In this document: positions 1-10,747 of the stretch, piece after piece
How the letters are laid out: every line of letters starts with the position of its first letter
How positions within the stretch are numbered: position 1 is the first letter of the stretch
NCBI GenBank assembly: GCA_965242685.1
Contig: OZ251487.1
Coordinates: 547,340 to 611,339 of the forward strand
Direction of reading: 5' to 3'
DNA from: Gammaproteobacteria bacterium
GTDB lineage: Bacteria > Pseudomonadota > Gammaproteobacteria > UBA4575
DNA: 64,000 nucleotides
The notes under the pieces: generated by a model
The model's input: the letters and a program-made list of their open reading frames with translations, nothing else
The model's database searches: none
What the model was told of the DNA's origin: nothing
Translations under genes and position numbers: made by a program

Positions 1-822
1 ATCTTGCGGGGCGGCTCGGAGGCGATCCATTCCAATCGCGCCATTGCCGATTGTATTCGCACGGGGTTGGTTGACGCCGGGTTTCCCGAAGACGTTGTAC
101 AGGTGATCAATACTTCCGACCGCCACGCCGTCAAGGCCTTGCTGCAAGCGGATAAGTATATTGATATCGTCATTCCGAGAGGAGGCAAGGGCCTGGTTGA
201 ACGTATTACCCGAGAGTCCCGCATTCCATTGATTAAACACCTTGACGGCGTATGTCACGTCTACATTCACAAGGATGCCGATATCGACATGGCCGTTGAT
301 ATTGCGGTCAACGCTAAGGCGCAGCGCTTCGGCGTTTGTAACGCTATGGAAACCTTGCTGGTAGATCAATCTGTTGCCGATAAAGTATTGCCGAAACTGA
401 GGCGACAATTCGACAGCAAGGGAGTGGAGTTACGCGGTTGTGAGGCGACCCGTTCAATTTTGTCGGGTATACGTGCGGCGTCGGAGCAGGACTGGTATCG
501 GGAATATCTTGGCCCCGTATTGGCCGTTCGTATCGTGGATGGGCTTTTACGGGCAATGGAGCATATTGATAAATACGGTTCTCATCACACCGACGCAATC
601 GTCACGGAAAATGACGCCGTTGCGCAACAGTTTTTACGCGAGGTTGATTCGAGCTCGGTGATCAGAAATGCCTCGACACGTTTTGCCGACGGTTTTGAGT
701 ATGGTTTGGGTGCGGAAATAGGAATCAGCACGGATAAGTTGCACGCACGAGGTCCGGTTGGCCTGGAAGGGCTTACTACGCAGAAGTTTGTCGTTGTCGG
801 TGAGGGAAACGTTCGTGAGTAA
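1..822 (+). CDS. proA: gamma-glutamyl phosphate reductase, C-terminal ~272 aa (5' end outside window)
   Basis: ORF is open to the window edge. Aldehyde-dehydrogenase-type core '[16 protein letters not shown]' with catalytic Cys, and 'HTDAIVTEN', are typical of ProA. Followed by nadD. Confidence 0.9.
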   Translation: MLRGGSEAIHSNRAIADCIRTGLVDAGFPEDVVQVINTSDRHAVKALLQADKYIDIVIPRGGKGLVERITRESRIPLIKHLDGVCHVYIHKDADIDMAVDIAVNAKAQRFGVCNAMETLLVDQSVADKVLPKLRRQFDSKGVELRGCEATRSILSGIRAASEQDWYREYLGPVLAVRIVDGLLRAMEHIDKYGSHHTDAIVTENDAVAQQFLREVDSSSVIRNASTRFADGFEYGLGAEIGISTDKLHARGPVGLEGLTTQKFVVVGEGNVRE

Positions 823-890
823 GCGCAATGGCGATGGCGCAAAGGATACCGAGAGCTTTCATGGCGATTTGGATGAAATAGGGAAAAGGT

Positions 891-1520
891 GTGCTGGGGA
901 TTTTTGGCGGCTCTTTTGATCCGGTCCATTTTGGTCATATCAAGACGGCGTTGGCGTTACTGGAACGCTTTAATTTTGAACAGATATGCTTCATTCCCTG
1001 TCGGCGTTCGCCTTTCAAGCAGAAGGTTTATGCAAGTGCGCGGCATCGATGGCGGATGCTGAATTTGATAGTCGGCTCAAACGACAGGTTGGTCGCCGAT
1101 GATCGTGAGCTGAGGCGTTCCGGTCCTTGTTATACGATAGATACCCTGAAAGAATTGCGAGAGGAGATCGAAGGCCATACGTCCCTAGTGTTGATTATGG
1201 GAATGGATGCCTATTCAGGTTTCTGTCAATGGCGTGATTATAAAGAGATCCTCTCGCTGTGTAACATGATGTTGCTGCAACGCCCCGGATACATGCTTGC
1301 CGAGCAGGGCTGCGAAAAAGAGCTGTATGATCGACATGCGGCAAACGATATAATGGCAATCTCTACGGCGTTAAACGGCCGCATCTATTTAAGCGACGAA
1401 AAAAAGTTTGACGTTTCATCCACGGCTATCCGGCAAGCCGTTGTTGCGGGTGATCAACCGAGATATTTGTTGCCGGGAAGCGTGTGGAACTATATTTGCG
1501 AGCATAATCTGTATCGGTAA
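891..1520 (+). CDS. nadD: nicotinate-nucleotide adenylyltransferase
   Basis: 'GIFGGSFDPVHFGH' nucleotidyltransferase motif and C-terminal 'VSSTAIR'. Conserved proA-nadD-rsfS-rlmH order. Confidence 0.9.
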   Translation: MLGIFGGSFDPVHFGHIKTALALLERFNFEQICFIPCRRSPFKQKVYASARHRWRMLNLIVGSNDRLVADDRELRRSGPCYTIDTLKELREEIEGHTSLVLIMGMDAYSGFCQWRDYKEILSLCNMMLLQRPGYMLAEQGCEKELYDRHAANDIMAISTALNGRIYLSDEKKFDVSSTAIRQAVVAGDQPRYLLPGSVWNYICEHNLYR

Positions 1521-1525
1521 GCATT

Positions 1526-1870
1526 TTGCGAATAGAAAATAGCAAGGCCGTGGGCGTCGCGATTAATGCCCTAGAGGGACTTAAGGGCAAGGATATTGCC
1601 GTGATTGACGTGCGCGATAAAACCGACGTATTCGATGCCATGGTAGTCGTAACAGGAACGTCAGACCGGCATATTGAGTCCTTGGCCGACAAGTTGGAGA
1701 TGGATGCAAAACGGGGGGACATTGATATATTCGGAGTTGAGCGAGATCGTGCCTGGACGCTGGTTGATTTATACGACGTTGTCGTGCACATCATGCTGGA
1801 AGAAACACGCGATTTTTATAGCCTGGAAAAACTTTGGCGCGCCGAGGATGATCGCGAACAAACCTTGTAA
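1526..1870 (+). CDS. rsfS: ribosomal silencing factor RsfS (iojap-like)
   Basis: 114 aa. 'FDAMVVVTGTSDRHIESLAD' and 'WTLVDLYDVVVHIM' resemble RsfS. Position between nadD and rlmH. Confidence 0.85.
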   Translation: MRIENSKAVGVAINALEGLKGKDIAVIDVRDKTDVFDAMVVVTGTSDRHIESLADKLEMDAKRGDIDIFGVERDRAWTLVDLYDVVVHIMLEETRDFYSLEKLWRAEDDREQTL

Positions 1871-1929
1871 TGCAGGCGTAACGGAAGCGACGGAAAAAAA
1901 GTGTCTACAAGGCTTTCGGAAAGGCGGTT

Positions 1930-2400
1930 GTGCAAATCAATATACTAGCGGTTGGTGACAGGTCGCCGTCCTGGGTGGAGGCCGGCGTCAATCAGTACAT
2001 TTCCAGAATGCCTCGAGAATGCAGCATAGAGATTACCCCTGTCGCGGTGGCTAAGCGTACCAAGAATCAAACGCTTGCACAGGCACGGGCGCGGGAGCAG
2101 CAGCTTTTAATCCGCCGCACTCCAAACAACAGTGTGCGTGTTGTACTGGATGAACGGGGGCAATCCTGGACGACGGTTGTCCTCGCTGAGAAACTTAGAA
2201 AATGGTTGCAATCTTCCCCGATACTCACGTTTTATATTGGAGGGCCGGATGGCTTTAATGCGGAATTTTTGCGGCAAGCCAACTTGACGTGGTCCGTGTC
2301 TTCATTGACTTTGCCGCATATGTTGGTGCGCGTATTGCTTGTTGAACAGCTGTATCGTGCCTGGAGCATTATTCAAGGACACCCTTATCACCGGCAATGA
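1930..2400 (+). CDS. rlmH: 23S rRNA (pseudouridine1915-N3)-methyltransferase
   Basis: 156-aa SPOUT-type protein with 'FYIGGPDG' and 'SLTLPHMLVRVLLVEQLYRA'. Confidence 0.9.
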   Translation: MQINILAVGDRSPSWVEAGVNQYISRMPRECSIEITPVAVAKRTKNQTLAQARAREQQLLIRRTPNNSVRVVLDERGQSWTTVVLAEKLRKWLQSSPILTFYIGGPDGFNAEFLRQANLTWSVSSLTLPHMLVRVLLVEQLYRAWSIIQGHPYHRQ

Positions 2401-2496
2401 CCGAGCAATCTGTAAGACGTGAGATAAAGAAAAAGAACAAGCGGTACGTCTTCTTAGATTCAAATCCCCATTGTTGGTAAAGTTCGGTAAAGCTTC

Positions 2497-5400
2497 ATGT
2501 TGCGCAAACTCGCATTGACCTTTTGGTACGTCGCCGCGAGTGTTTTGGTGTTGGCAGCCGTCGTAATCGGTGTTTTGCGTTACTACCCGTCATTTTATCA
2601 GCGTTATTTGCCGGCAATACAGGTAAGCATTTCATCCATAATGGGTAATCCCGTATATGCTGAAAGTATCAATGTTGTCTGGGATGGTTACACGCCGCAT
2701 GTAACGGTAAAGGGTTTGAGGATATATTCCGACGACACCAGGATCGAGCGGCTTTTGTTTGCAAAAGAGGTACGTTTGTCGTTTGATCTTTACGAGAGCC
2801 TGGTGCACCAAAGACTCGATATTCGACAGTTGACATTGATTGGCAGCAAGCTGGAAGCAACGTGGACGGCAGATAAAAAAATAATAATAAATGGAATTGA
2901 TATAGGTGAGAGGTTTGCGCACCGACAAAAGCGTGATAACGGTACTGCGGTAAGTTTTTTGGATAGTGCGATTACCATCAAGGATGAAACGAGAAATTTG
3001 ACTTATTTTGTTACTCGCGCGGACCTCGCCTTTGATTTTTATCAAGATCGTTTCAGAGCCGCTGCAAATTTTTCACTACCAGACACCTTGGGAGAATCAC
3101 TGACGCTGATTGCAGATGTACAACACCTTGAGCGGGGCTTGAGTAATGTGCTAGGAAACTTGTATGTAAAAGGCAGCAACATCAACATCGGGCTGCTAAA
3201 TGACTTTTTCCCTCACTTTCAGGCCGGGGTCAAAGCCGGCAGTTCCGATTTTGAAGTGTGGGGTAACCTTGATCCTTTCGTGCAGCACTCATTTAGCGGC
3301 AGGCTGAATATTAGAGGCTTGCGGTATCATCACGTAGAAAAAGCTGTAGAGGCTACCGCGGTTGGACAAGAGGTCACCGCGATTGATACACGCTTCCAAG
3401 TCAAAGGCAAAGGAGGGAGTTGGTATTTGGCACTGGTAGACAGTACTGTTCAGGCCGCCGATAAACAATGGTTTGGCAAGAAGTATGAAATCAGGTGCGA
3501 TGATTGCAACGGTTCAAATTTTTCCGTCGTCGCTGCATTAGACCATATCGACGTCACTCACTTGCTTTCCACGTTACAGCACTACCCGATTTTAATGGCA
3601 TCATTAGATCCGTTGCTGACAAAAGTGCGAGTTGGAGGAACGCTTGAGAGTACCGACATTTCGGCACGTTGGACCGATGGGCGGCTTTCAAAGTATTCGT
3701 ACAAGGCCTTTTTACGGGGCGCAAATATGTCCGTGCCCGGCCAGGAGATTGAAGTTTCATCTTTAGTCGGTACTGTTCGTGGCAATCATCTGCAAGGCGA
3801 CCTGGAAATAAATGCCGCGGAACTCCATATTCAGGCGGGCGGTAGTATCGTAGATGATCTATTTGAAGTCCAAAAAGTCGCTGGTGGCATTAAGTGGAAA
3901 CATACGAACCGAGGCGTTATTGCATCGTTGGAAGGCGTCTCGCTTGAGGCGCCAGGTATCTCGACCCATTTACAAGGCTTTATACGGGCGGATGGCGAAG
4001 GACTTTATCTTGATTTGCAAGGCAAAATTTCTGAGGCCCGGTTGGTAGCGATAAAAAATTATTTGTCGTTCAAAAAAATTAATCCGAAATTGGTAAAGTG
4101 GCTGAGGGAGGGCATACATGGCGGCACGTTTAGAAATGCCAGGTTTTTATTTCGCGGTCGCCCTGAAAGCTTTCCATTTAAGGATCGTTCCGGTGTGTTT
4201 CAGGCTGTTTTAAGCGTGGAAGACGGCATCTTGAGTTATTACAAGGACTGGCCGGAGGTGCGTAATCTCCATGCGGATTTGAAAGCGGAAAACAAGCGCT
4301 TGGTAATCGTCGGACGTCAAGGTACGATACTGCGCTCATCGGTTGAACGTGCTACGGTCACGATTGATGACCTGAAATTGCCCCGCCTGATCATTGACGG
4401 CGAAGTGTTTGGGCCGGCCAGTGATCTTCTTGACTACCTGAAACGGTCTTCATTGATTCCGAATGACAGCCGGATTTCTGAAAAGATATCCTTTAGCGGC
4501 AATACCAAACTGAATTTGGACATTGCGTTGACGCTGACCAAAAAGTTGAAAAAAGAAAGGAAGATAAGTGGCGTTGTAGATTTCGATAATACAGACATGG
4601 TGGTAGTGCCGCTTTCATTGCCGTTCAAAAATATTAAAGGAAGCTTAAAATTTAACCAGAACAAGATTGACAGCCACGATCTGAGTGCCGTCCTGTACGG
4701 ATCGACTTTCAAGGCAAATACCCAAGGCCTTGAAGACAAACGCCTGTTGTTGACGGTCATGGGTGACTTTAATATTGACTCTCATTTTGGTGTTAACCCT
4801 GGCAATGCAGGTGGATACATTGGCGGCACCGTGCCTGTAAAGGCCACGTTGAATTTGCCGCGATTCGGGAAGCATGACGGTGATAAGTCTCTGATCATAA
4901 GTGTTGACAGTAATTTGATCGGTACCCGGATTACTTTGCCCGAACCCTTTTACAAGGAAGCCGACGTTGGCAGGAAATTTGTTTTGCAAACCAAGTATCA
5001 GGCAGGTAAGGGTTATCCGCTGTTCGTAAATTTTGCCGATGAGTTATTTGTGAAGGCATTGTTCGACGAGCGGGCGAGAGTTTTCTCTGCAATGGAACTG
5101 CGTATCGGTAACGACCGATTTAGCCTGCCTGAAAAAGGACTGAAAGTTTCAGGGATATTGCAGCAGTTGAATCTGCTGGACTGGCAGGACGTGTTTGTAT
5201 CGTCTGATAATGGTAATTTTCCGGCATTACATGAAGTAGACATGCGCGTCGATAAGGTTTTTATATCCGATTTGGAAATCAAGGACGTAAACTTTCAATT
5301 ACTGAAAAAGGCACAGTCGTGGACAGGAAAAATTGACTCATCCATAGCGAAGGGAAGTTTCAGCTATCCGTTTGGTTCCGATGTGGATGGCGTCGTAACG

Positions 5401-6312
5401 GCAGCCTTTGATTATCTTTTTTTTAGGAAGCCTGAGAAAGAAATCATTGAAATAGACCCGCGTAAACTACCCTCGCTAGAAGTTTATTCGAAGCAGTTTG
5501 AGTTCAATGATTATCCTTTTTATGACGTTACGCTGAAGACTACAGCTACTGATAATGGGATGATGATTGACTCTTTGGCCGGCAGGAGCAAGGACTTGTG
5601 GATTAAAGCGAATGGGACGTGGGAAATTGATAAATCGAACGAGCACCGCACTGATCTGGATATTGTTGCGACAACTGAAAACTTGCACAACAGCCTGGTG
5701 GCTCTCGGGTTTGACACGGTGATAGAGGAGGGGAAGGGCATTGTTACTTCGAAATTTAATTGGCCGAATGCACCGTATCAATTTTCCGCCGAGAATTTTA
5801 CCGGTATCACGAATCTCGATTTTGACGATGGAAAAATATCATCTGTAAATCCGGGTGCCGGTCGTTTGATCGGTGTATTTAATCTAGGTGAAATCTCAAG
5901 GCGCCTCTCGCTGGATTTTGCCGACTTTTTTTCCAAGGGATACGCGTTCAAGAAAATTCAGGGGGACTTGTTTTTCAAGGATGCAAACTTAAACACTGAA
6001 AACCTTATTATTACAGGGACTTCGGCAGATATCTCGATTGCGGGAAGAACCGGAATCGCGGCCAGGGACTACGATCAGATTGTCACCATAACGCCCCACG
6101 TGGCGGGCGGGTTGCCCTGGATCGGCTTGGCGGTTGGGGGGCCGATAGGTGCAGCCGGCGTATACGTCGGTGAGAAGGTGGCAAAAAAACTTGGTATTGA
6201 TGTGAATAAAGTGGTGGAGGTTGAATATTCCATAACGGGAAGCTGGGAACATCCGAAGATTGAGCCGGTGGCGAAAGTTGAAGCAACTCCATCTGCCGAG
6301 AACCAGCCTTGA
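2497..6312 (+). CDS. yhdP: YhdP/AsmA-like large envelope protein
   Basis: 1271 aa with one N-terminal TM helix, a long beta-rich body and a C-terminal hydrophobic Gly-rich segment. The neighbourhood (C-N hydrolase, tldD, pmbA) matches the Pseudomonas-type arrangement of this family. Confidence 0.7.
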   Translation: MLRKLALTFWYVAASVLVLAAVVIGVLRYYPSFYQRYLPAIQVSISSIMGNPVYAESINVVWDGYTPHVTVKGLRIYSDDTRIERLLFAKEVRLSFDLYESLVHQRLDIRQLTLIGSKLEATWTADKKIIINGIDIGERFAHRQKRDNGTAVSFLDSAITIKDETRNLTYFVTRADLAFDFYQDRFRAAANFSLPDTLGESLTLIADVQHLERGLSNVLGNLYVKGSNINIGLLNDFFPHFQAGVKAGSSDFEVWGNLDPFVQHSFSGRLNIRGLRYHHVEKAVEATAVGQEVTAIDTRFQVKGKGGSWYLALVDSTVQAADKQWFGKKYEIRCDDCNGSNFSVVAALDHIDVTHLLSTLQHYPILMASLDPLLTKVRVGGTLESTDISARWTDGRLSKYSYKAFLRGANMSVPGQEIEVSSLVGTVRGNHLQGDLEINAAELHIQAGGSIVDDLFEVQKVAGGIKWKHTNRGVIASLEGVSLEAPGISTHLQGFIRADGEGLYLDLQGKISEARLVAIKNYLSFKKINPKLVKWLREGIHGGTFRNARFLFRGRPESFPFKDRSGVFQAVLSVEDGILSYYKDWPEVRNLHADLKAENKRLVIVGRQGTILRSSVERATVTIDDLKLPRLIIDGEVFGPASDLLDYLKRSSLIPNDSRISEKISFSGNTKLNLDIALTLTKKLKKERKISGVVDFDNTDMVVVPLSLPFKNIKGSLKFNQNKIDSHDLSAVLYGSTFKANTQGLEDKRLLLTVMGDFNIDSHFGVNPGNAGGYIGGTVPVKATLNLPRFGKHDGDKSLIISVDSNLIGTRITLPEPFYKEADVGRKFVLQTKYQAGKGYPLFVNFADELFVKALFDERARVFSAMELRIGNDRFSLPEKGLKVSGILQQLNLLDWQDVFVSSDNGNFPALHEVDMRVDKVFISDLEIKDVNFQLLKKAQSWTGKIDSSIAKGSFSYPFGSDVDGVVTAAFDYLFFRKPEKEIIEIDPRKLPSLEVYSKQFEFNDYPFYDVTLKTTATDNGMMIDSLAGRSKDLWIKANGTWEIDKSNEHRTDLDIVATTENLHNSLVALGFDTVIEEGKGIVTSKFNWPNAPYQFSAENFTGITNLDFDDGKISSVNPGAGRLIGVFNLGEISRRLSLDFADFFSKGYAFKKIQGDLFFKDANLNTENLIITGTSADISIAGRTGIAARDYDQIVTITPHVAGGLPWIGLAVGGPIGAAGVYVGEKVAKKLGIDVNKVVEVEYSITGSWEHPKIEPVAKVEATPSAENQP

Positions 6313-6366
6313 ACATATCATAAAATATTTGTTTTTATCGCGTTTAATTAACGTACGGTCTTTCTT

Positions 6367-7182
6367 ATGAACAAAGTTGCAGCGATACAGATGGCCTCGG
6401 GGCCGCATGTCGAGGCAAATTTACAGGAAACGGGCCGTTTAATCGGACAAGCTGCCGATGCGGGTGCCGAGCTGATTGTACTGCCGGAAAACTTTGCGAT
6501 CATGGGCGTTACGGAAGAGGATAAGGTAGTCGTGCGCGAGGCCGAAGGTGACGGCCCCATACAGAAGTTTTTGTCCGAGCAGGCAAGGCAGCATAACGTG
6601 TGGTTGGTGGGGGGTACGATACCGATGGAATGCCCGGACCCCAAAAAAATATTTGCCGCTTGTATGTTGTATGACGATCACGGAGAGCTTGTCGAACGCT
6701 ACGATAAAATACATCTGTTTGACGTTGAACTTGTGGATACGGGCGAAAGCTATAACGAATCAGAGACCATTGAATATGGAGACTCGGGTGTAAAAGTAGT
6801 GGATTCGCCTTTTGGTAAAATCGGATTGGCGGTATGTTATGACCTTCGTTTTCCCGAGCTGTTTCGTTGTTTACTGGACATGGGTGCAGAGATTGTGACG
6901 TTACCTGCCGCATTTACGGCAACTACCGGCCAAGCACATTGGGAGAGCCTGCTACGTGCGCGTGCGATTGAAAATGTCACGTACATGGTTGCCGCCGCGC
7001 AAGGTGGGTACCACGTCAACGGCCGGACAACCTTCGGGGACAGTATGATTGTGGACCCCTGGGGGACGATTCTGAGCCGTATCAAACATGGTTCAGGCAT
7101 GGCGATCACGGATATCAACTTACAGTACCTGAAATCACGGCGTAAGACTTTCCCATGCATTCAGCACCGAAGATTGAAGTAA
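6367..7182 (+). CDS. carbon-nitrogen hydrolase (nitrilase superfamily) protein
   Basis: 271 aa with the E-K-C triad context: 'LIVLPENF', 'YDKIHLF', 'IGLAVCYDLRFPE'. Confidence 0.85.
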   Translation: MNKVAAIQMASGPHVEANLQETGRLIGQAADAGAELIVLPENFAIMGVTEEDKVVVREAEGDGPIQKFLSEQARQHNVWLVGGTIPMECPDPKKIFAACMLYDDHGELVERYDKIHLFDVELVDTGESYNESETIEYGDSGVKVVDSPFGKIGLAVCYDLRFPELFRCLLDMGAEIVTLPAAFTATTGQAHWESLLRARAIENVTYMVAAAQGGYHVNGRTTFGDSMIVDPWGTILSRIKHGSGMAITDINLQYLKSRRKTFPCIQHRRLK

Positions 7183-7218
7183 AGATCATCATTATCAAAT
7201 CTGTATAGGAAGACATAT

Positions 7219-8661
7219 ATGGAAAACTCACTAGAACTGGCGCGCGATTCCATTTTAGTACCTTCGGGGCTGGATGAATCTCACCTTGCACGGGCGTTTT
7301 CCGTGTTGCTTGATTCTGCCGCAGAGAGTGGAGATATCTACTTTCAGCTGCGCAAGCATGAAACCTGGTTTTTGGAAGATGGTATCGTCAAGGATGCGAG
7401 CCACGGTCTCAATCAAGGCGTGGGCATACGCGCAATCAAGGGCGACAAAAGCGGCTTTGCCTACTCTGATGAGATCGTGTTCCCCGCGTTGCTGGAATCG
7501 TGCAAGGCTGCGCGTACGATTGCACGGGGTGCCAAAGGCGGGCAGATTCGGGCCTGGGAGTCTCGTGCGGGCAATGACCTTTATCCCGCTGGCAACCCTC
7601 TTGAGTCGGTTACCGAAACGGACAAGGTTGGATTATTGCGCGAGTTGGATTCGCTGGCGCGCGGTTGCGATGAGCGAGTCAAGCAAGTGATGGTATCCCT
7701 GGCAGGCAGCCATGAAGTTGTTTTGATTGCAAACAGCGATGGGTTCATGGCAGCCGATCTACGTCCTCTGGTAAGGTTAAACGTGGCAGTCATTGCAGAG
7801 CAGAACGGACGCCTTGAGCAAGGCAGCGCCGGCGGAGGCGGACGCGTAAACTATGAATATTTTAGTAAGGATAACCTTGCGCATACCTACGTGCATGAAG
7901 CCGTGCGCATGGCCTTACTTAACTTGGAAGCCGTTGATGCGCCCGCCGGCAACATGGACGTGGTGCTAGGCCCCGGCTGGCCGGGTGTTCTTTTGCACGA
8001 GGCCATCGGTCACGGTCTAGAGGGCGATTTTACTCGTAAGGGTACTTCGGCGTTCAGCGGTCGCATTGGCGAGCGGGTCGCAAGTGCAGGGGTCACGGTA
8101 GTTGATGACGGCGCTGTTAGCGGCCGCAGGGGTTCTCTGAACATTGATGATGAGGGCACCCCGACGCAACGCACTACGCTGATCGAAGACGGTATTCTCA
8201 CGAATTTCATGTATGACAGACTCAATGCCAAATTATCCGGTGCGGTATCCACCGGCAACGGGCGGCGCGAGTCTTATGCGCATCTGCCTATGCCACGCAT
8301 GACGAATACATATATGCTTGCAGGCAAATACGATCCCGCCGAGATCATCCGTTCCGTAGACTCCGGTTTTTACGCCGTCAACTTCGGTGGCGGACAAGTG
8401 GATATCACTTCGGGAAAGTTTGTATTTTCTTCTTCGGAGGCCTACTTGATTGAAAAGGGCAAGATTACCAGACCTGTAAAGGACGCTACGCTCATTGGTA
8501 ACGGACCTGACGTATTGACGCGCGTGAGTATGGTTGGCAATGACTTGCAGCTTGATACGGGAATAGGCACTTGTGGTAAGGAAGGCCAAAGTGTGCCCGT
8601 CGGGGTGGGGCAGCCTACCTTGCTGGTCAAAGGGCTTACCGTTGGTGGCACCGCAAAGTGA
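7219..8661 (+). CDS. tldD: metalloprotease TldD
   Basis: 480 aa with 'LLHEAIGHGLEGD' (HExxxH) and 'GxC' near the C-terminus ('GIGTCGKEGQ'). Overlaps pmbA by 4 nt. Confidence 0.92.
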   Translation: MENSLELARDSILVPSGLDESHLARAFSVLLDSAAESGDIYFQLRKHETWFLEDGIVKDASHGLNQGVGIRAIKGDKSGFAYSDEIVFPALLESCKAARTIARGAKGGQIRAWESRAGNDLYPAGNPLESVTETDKVGLLRELDSLARGCDERVKQVMVSLAGSHEVVLIANSDGFMAADLRPLVRLNVAVIAEQNGRLEQGSAGGGGRVNYEYFSKDNLAHTYVHEAVRMALLNLEAVDAPAGNMDVVLGPGWPGVLLHEAIGHGLEGDFTRKGTSAFSGRIGERVASAGVTVVDDGAVSGRRGSLNIDDEGTPTQRTTLIEDGILTNFMYDRLNAKLSGAVSTGNGRRESYAHLPMPRMTNTYMLAGKYDPAEIIRSVDSGFYAVNFGGGQVDITSGKFVFSSSEAYLIEKGKITRPVKDATLIGNGPDVLTRVSMVGNDLQLDTGIGTCGKEGQSVPVGVGQPTLLVKGLTVGGTAK

Positions 8662-9998
8662 CGGAATTACAAAAATTGCCGCGCACTTCCGAAGAATTGA
8701 GCGAGCAAGTGCGGCTTTGCTTGCGTGAAGCAAAAGAGCAAGGCGCAACGAGTGCCGAAGCCTTGGTGAAAATCGAGAATGGCCTATCCGTCACGGCGCG
8801 TCTTGGCAAAGTGGAGACCCTTGAACATCATAACGATCATGGCCTGTCAATCACGGTGTATAGGGGTAAGAAAAAAGGTACTTCAAGCACTACGGGGCTT
8901 GGAGCCGAGGCGGTCAAGGATGCAGTTTCTGCGGCGTGCAGCATTGCGAGGCTCACTCAGGAAGACGACTGTGCCGGGCTTGCCGATGCAGACCTTATGG
9001 CGCCCTTGATTCAGGATTTGGAACTTGACTCCCCCTGGAGACTGACGCCGGAGGATGCACTGGACGTTGCCGTTGAATGCGAAAATGCGGCATGTGAGTT
9101 TGAAGGGATTTCAAACTCGGAGGGTGGCACCGTAACCACTTCGCGCAGCACCCGCGTTTACGGTAACACACACGAGTTTATCGGCGGCTACACATCTACT
9201 CGACATTATTTATCCTGTGCCGTGGTGGCGGGACGGGGGGATGCCATGCAAAGAGATTACTGGTTTACCGCTTCGCGTAACCCGGAAAACCTGGAATCCC
9301 CGGCTTCGGTAGGTAAGAAAGCCGCTCAACGCACGCTCAACAGGCTGGGTGCCAGGAAGCTTTCGACGCGCACGACCCCGGTAATTTTCGAGGCTGGTGT
9401 GGCGCGTTCTTTACTGTCGCATTTTATCTCTGCCGTCAGCGGTGGTGCATTATATCGCAAGGCTTCTTTTCTGCTGAATCAGTTGGATAAAAAGGTATTT
9501 TCCGTGCCGGTAATGATTTCCGAAGACCCGCATGTCAAAGGAGGGTTCGGCAGTAGTTCCTTTGATCTGGAGGGGGTTGCCACATGTTTTCGCACGCTGG
9601 TTGAAGATGGAATTTTAAGAGGTTACGTGCTGAACAGTTATGCGGCACGAAAACTAGGCATGAAAACCACCGGCAATGCGGGTGGAATTCATAATCTTGC
9701 CTTACGACCGGGTAAAAAAACGTTGCTCGAACTGATTGCAGACATGCACAGGGGGCTGTTGATAACAGAACTTATTGGGCACGGCGTAAACCAAGTAACG
9801 GGAGACTACTCGCGCGGTGCCATGGGGTACTGGGTCAGTGATGGCGAAATCCAATACCCTGTTGAAGAAATTACTGTTTCCGGAAACCTGAAAGACATGT
9901 TTCAGAAAATACTTGTTGTCGGCAATGACGTTGACCGACGCGGTAACATCATCACCCCTTCAGTATTGGTAGACGCCATGACGGTGGCGGGTGATTAA
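8658..9998 (+). CDS. pmbA: metalloprotease PmbA (TldE)
   Basis: 446-aa TldD/PmbA-fold protein lacking the HExxxH motif, with C-terminal 'GHGVNQVTGDYSRGAMGYWV'. Coupled to tldD. Confidence 0.9.
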   Translation: MTELQKLPRTSEELSEQVRLCLREAKEQGATSAEALVKIENGLSVTARLGKVETLEHHNDHGLSITVYRGKKKGTSSTTGLGAEAVKDAVSAACSIARLTQEDDCAGLADADLMAPLIQDLELDSPWRLTPEDALDVAVECENAACEFEGISNSEGGTVTTSRSTRVYGNTHEFIGGYTSTRHYLSCAVVAGRGDAMQRDYWFTASRNPENLESPASVGKKAAQRTLNRLGARKLSTRTTPVIFEAGVARSLLSHFISAVSGGALYRKASFLLNQLDKKVFSVPVMISEDPHVKGGFGSSSFDLEGVATCFRTLVEDGILRGYVLNSYAARKLGMKTTGNAGGIHNLALRPGKKTLLELIADMHRGLLITELIGHGVNQVTGDYSRGAMGYWVSDGEIQYPVEEITVSGNLKDMFQKILVVGNDVDRRGNIITPSVLVDAMTVAGD

Positions 9999-10732
9999 AT
10001 CCAGGTTACCGCCGTAATTTGAATGGAGAGAACTACTTTTCCGTTTTCAATTTTGCCCAACTTGACCGGTATGTAGTGCAGGGATTCGGCGTACCAGCCA
10101 AAATGCGTCGTGTTCTTATCGTTATTTTTTTGTCGAACATATTTATTCGCCATAAGTTTGCCAAGCTTGGTTTCCAGATGCTCACGGGTTGCCAGCCTAT
10201 ATACGTACTCCTTCAAACGTCCTCTGCCGATGACCGGAAATCTATTCTCCGCATTCTCATCTTTGGGCTCGCGCATGAGCAAAAGCTGTACTGAAAAGCT
10301 GTCGAACGTGTAGGGAGATATATTCAACACGGCACTCCTGTCCCTATATTGAACGTTGGCCCGATTGTTATTCCAGTCAAAGATATAGTGTTCGTTACGG
10401 TTTTTGCTGCCACCCCGTACTTCATGTTTGAACTCGGAAACTCGATAGCTTTTGCCAATGCGCTTCAGCACGGCGTGGTGAGTCACTTGCCTGCCGAGTA
10501 AGAGGACGGCAATTCCGGCAATGTCGGTAACTGATTCGTAAATCAATTCCTCACCGATCTTTTTTAAGCGCACCTGCATTTCTCCAATGTAGATACCGTT
10601 TTTGTGTACCTCATACCTGGCCTCAAATTCAGGCGGGAGGTTTTCCTCATCCAGAATTAGTGTGGGGTTGGCGGCGGCCAGAGTGATCCATGAAAGGAAA
10701 AGGGCACTCACACTGACGGCTTTTTTTACCAT
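9995..10732 (-). CDS. DUF3108-like exported protein
   Basis: 245 aa with an N-terminal signal peptide and a beta-rich body. Sits immediately downstream of purN on the same strand. Family assignment is from memory of similar purN-adjacent proteins. Confidence 0.5.
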   Translation of the reverse strand: MVKKAVSVSALFLSWITLAAANPTLILDEENLPPEFEARYEVHKNGIYIGEMQVRLKKIGEELIYESVTDIAGIAVLLLGRQVTHHAVLKRIGKSYRVSEFKHEVRGGSKNRNEHYIFDWNNNRANVQYRDRSAVLNISPYTFDSFSVQLLLMREPKDENAENRFPVIGRGRLKEYVYRLATREHLETKLGKLMANKYVRQKNNDKNTTHFGWYAESLHYIPVKLGKIENGKVVLSIQITAVTWI

Positions 10733-10747
10733 CGGTTTGTCATCACG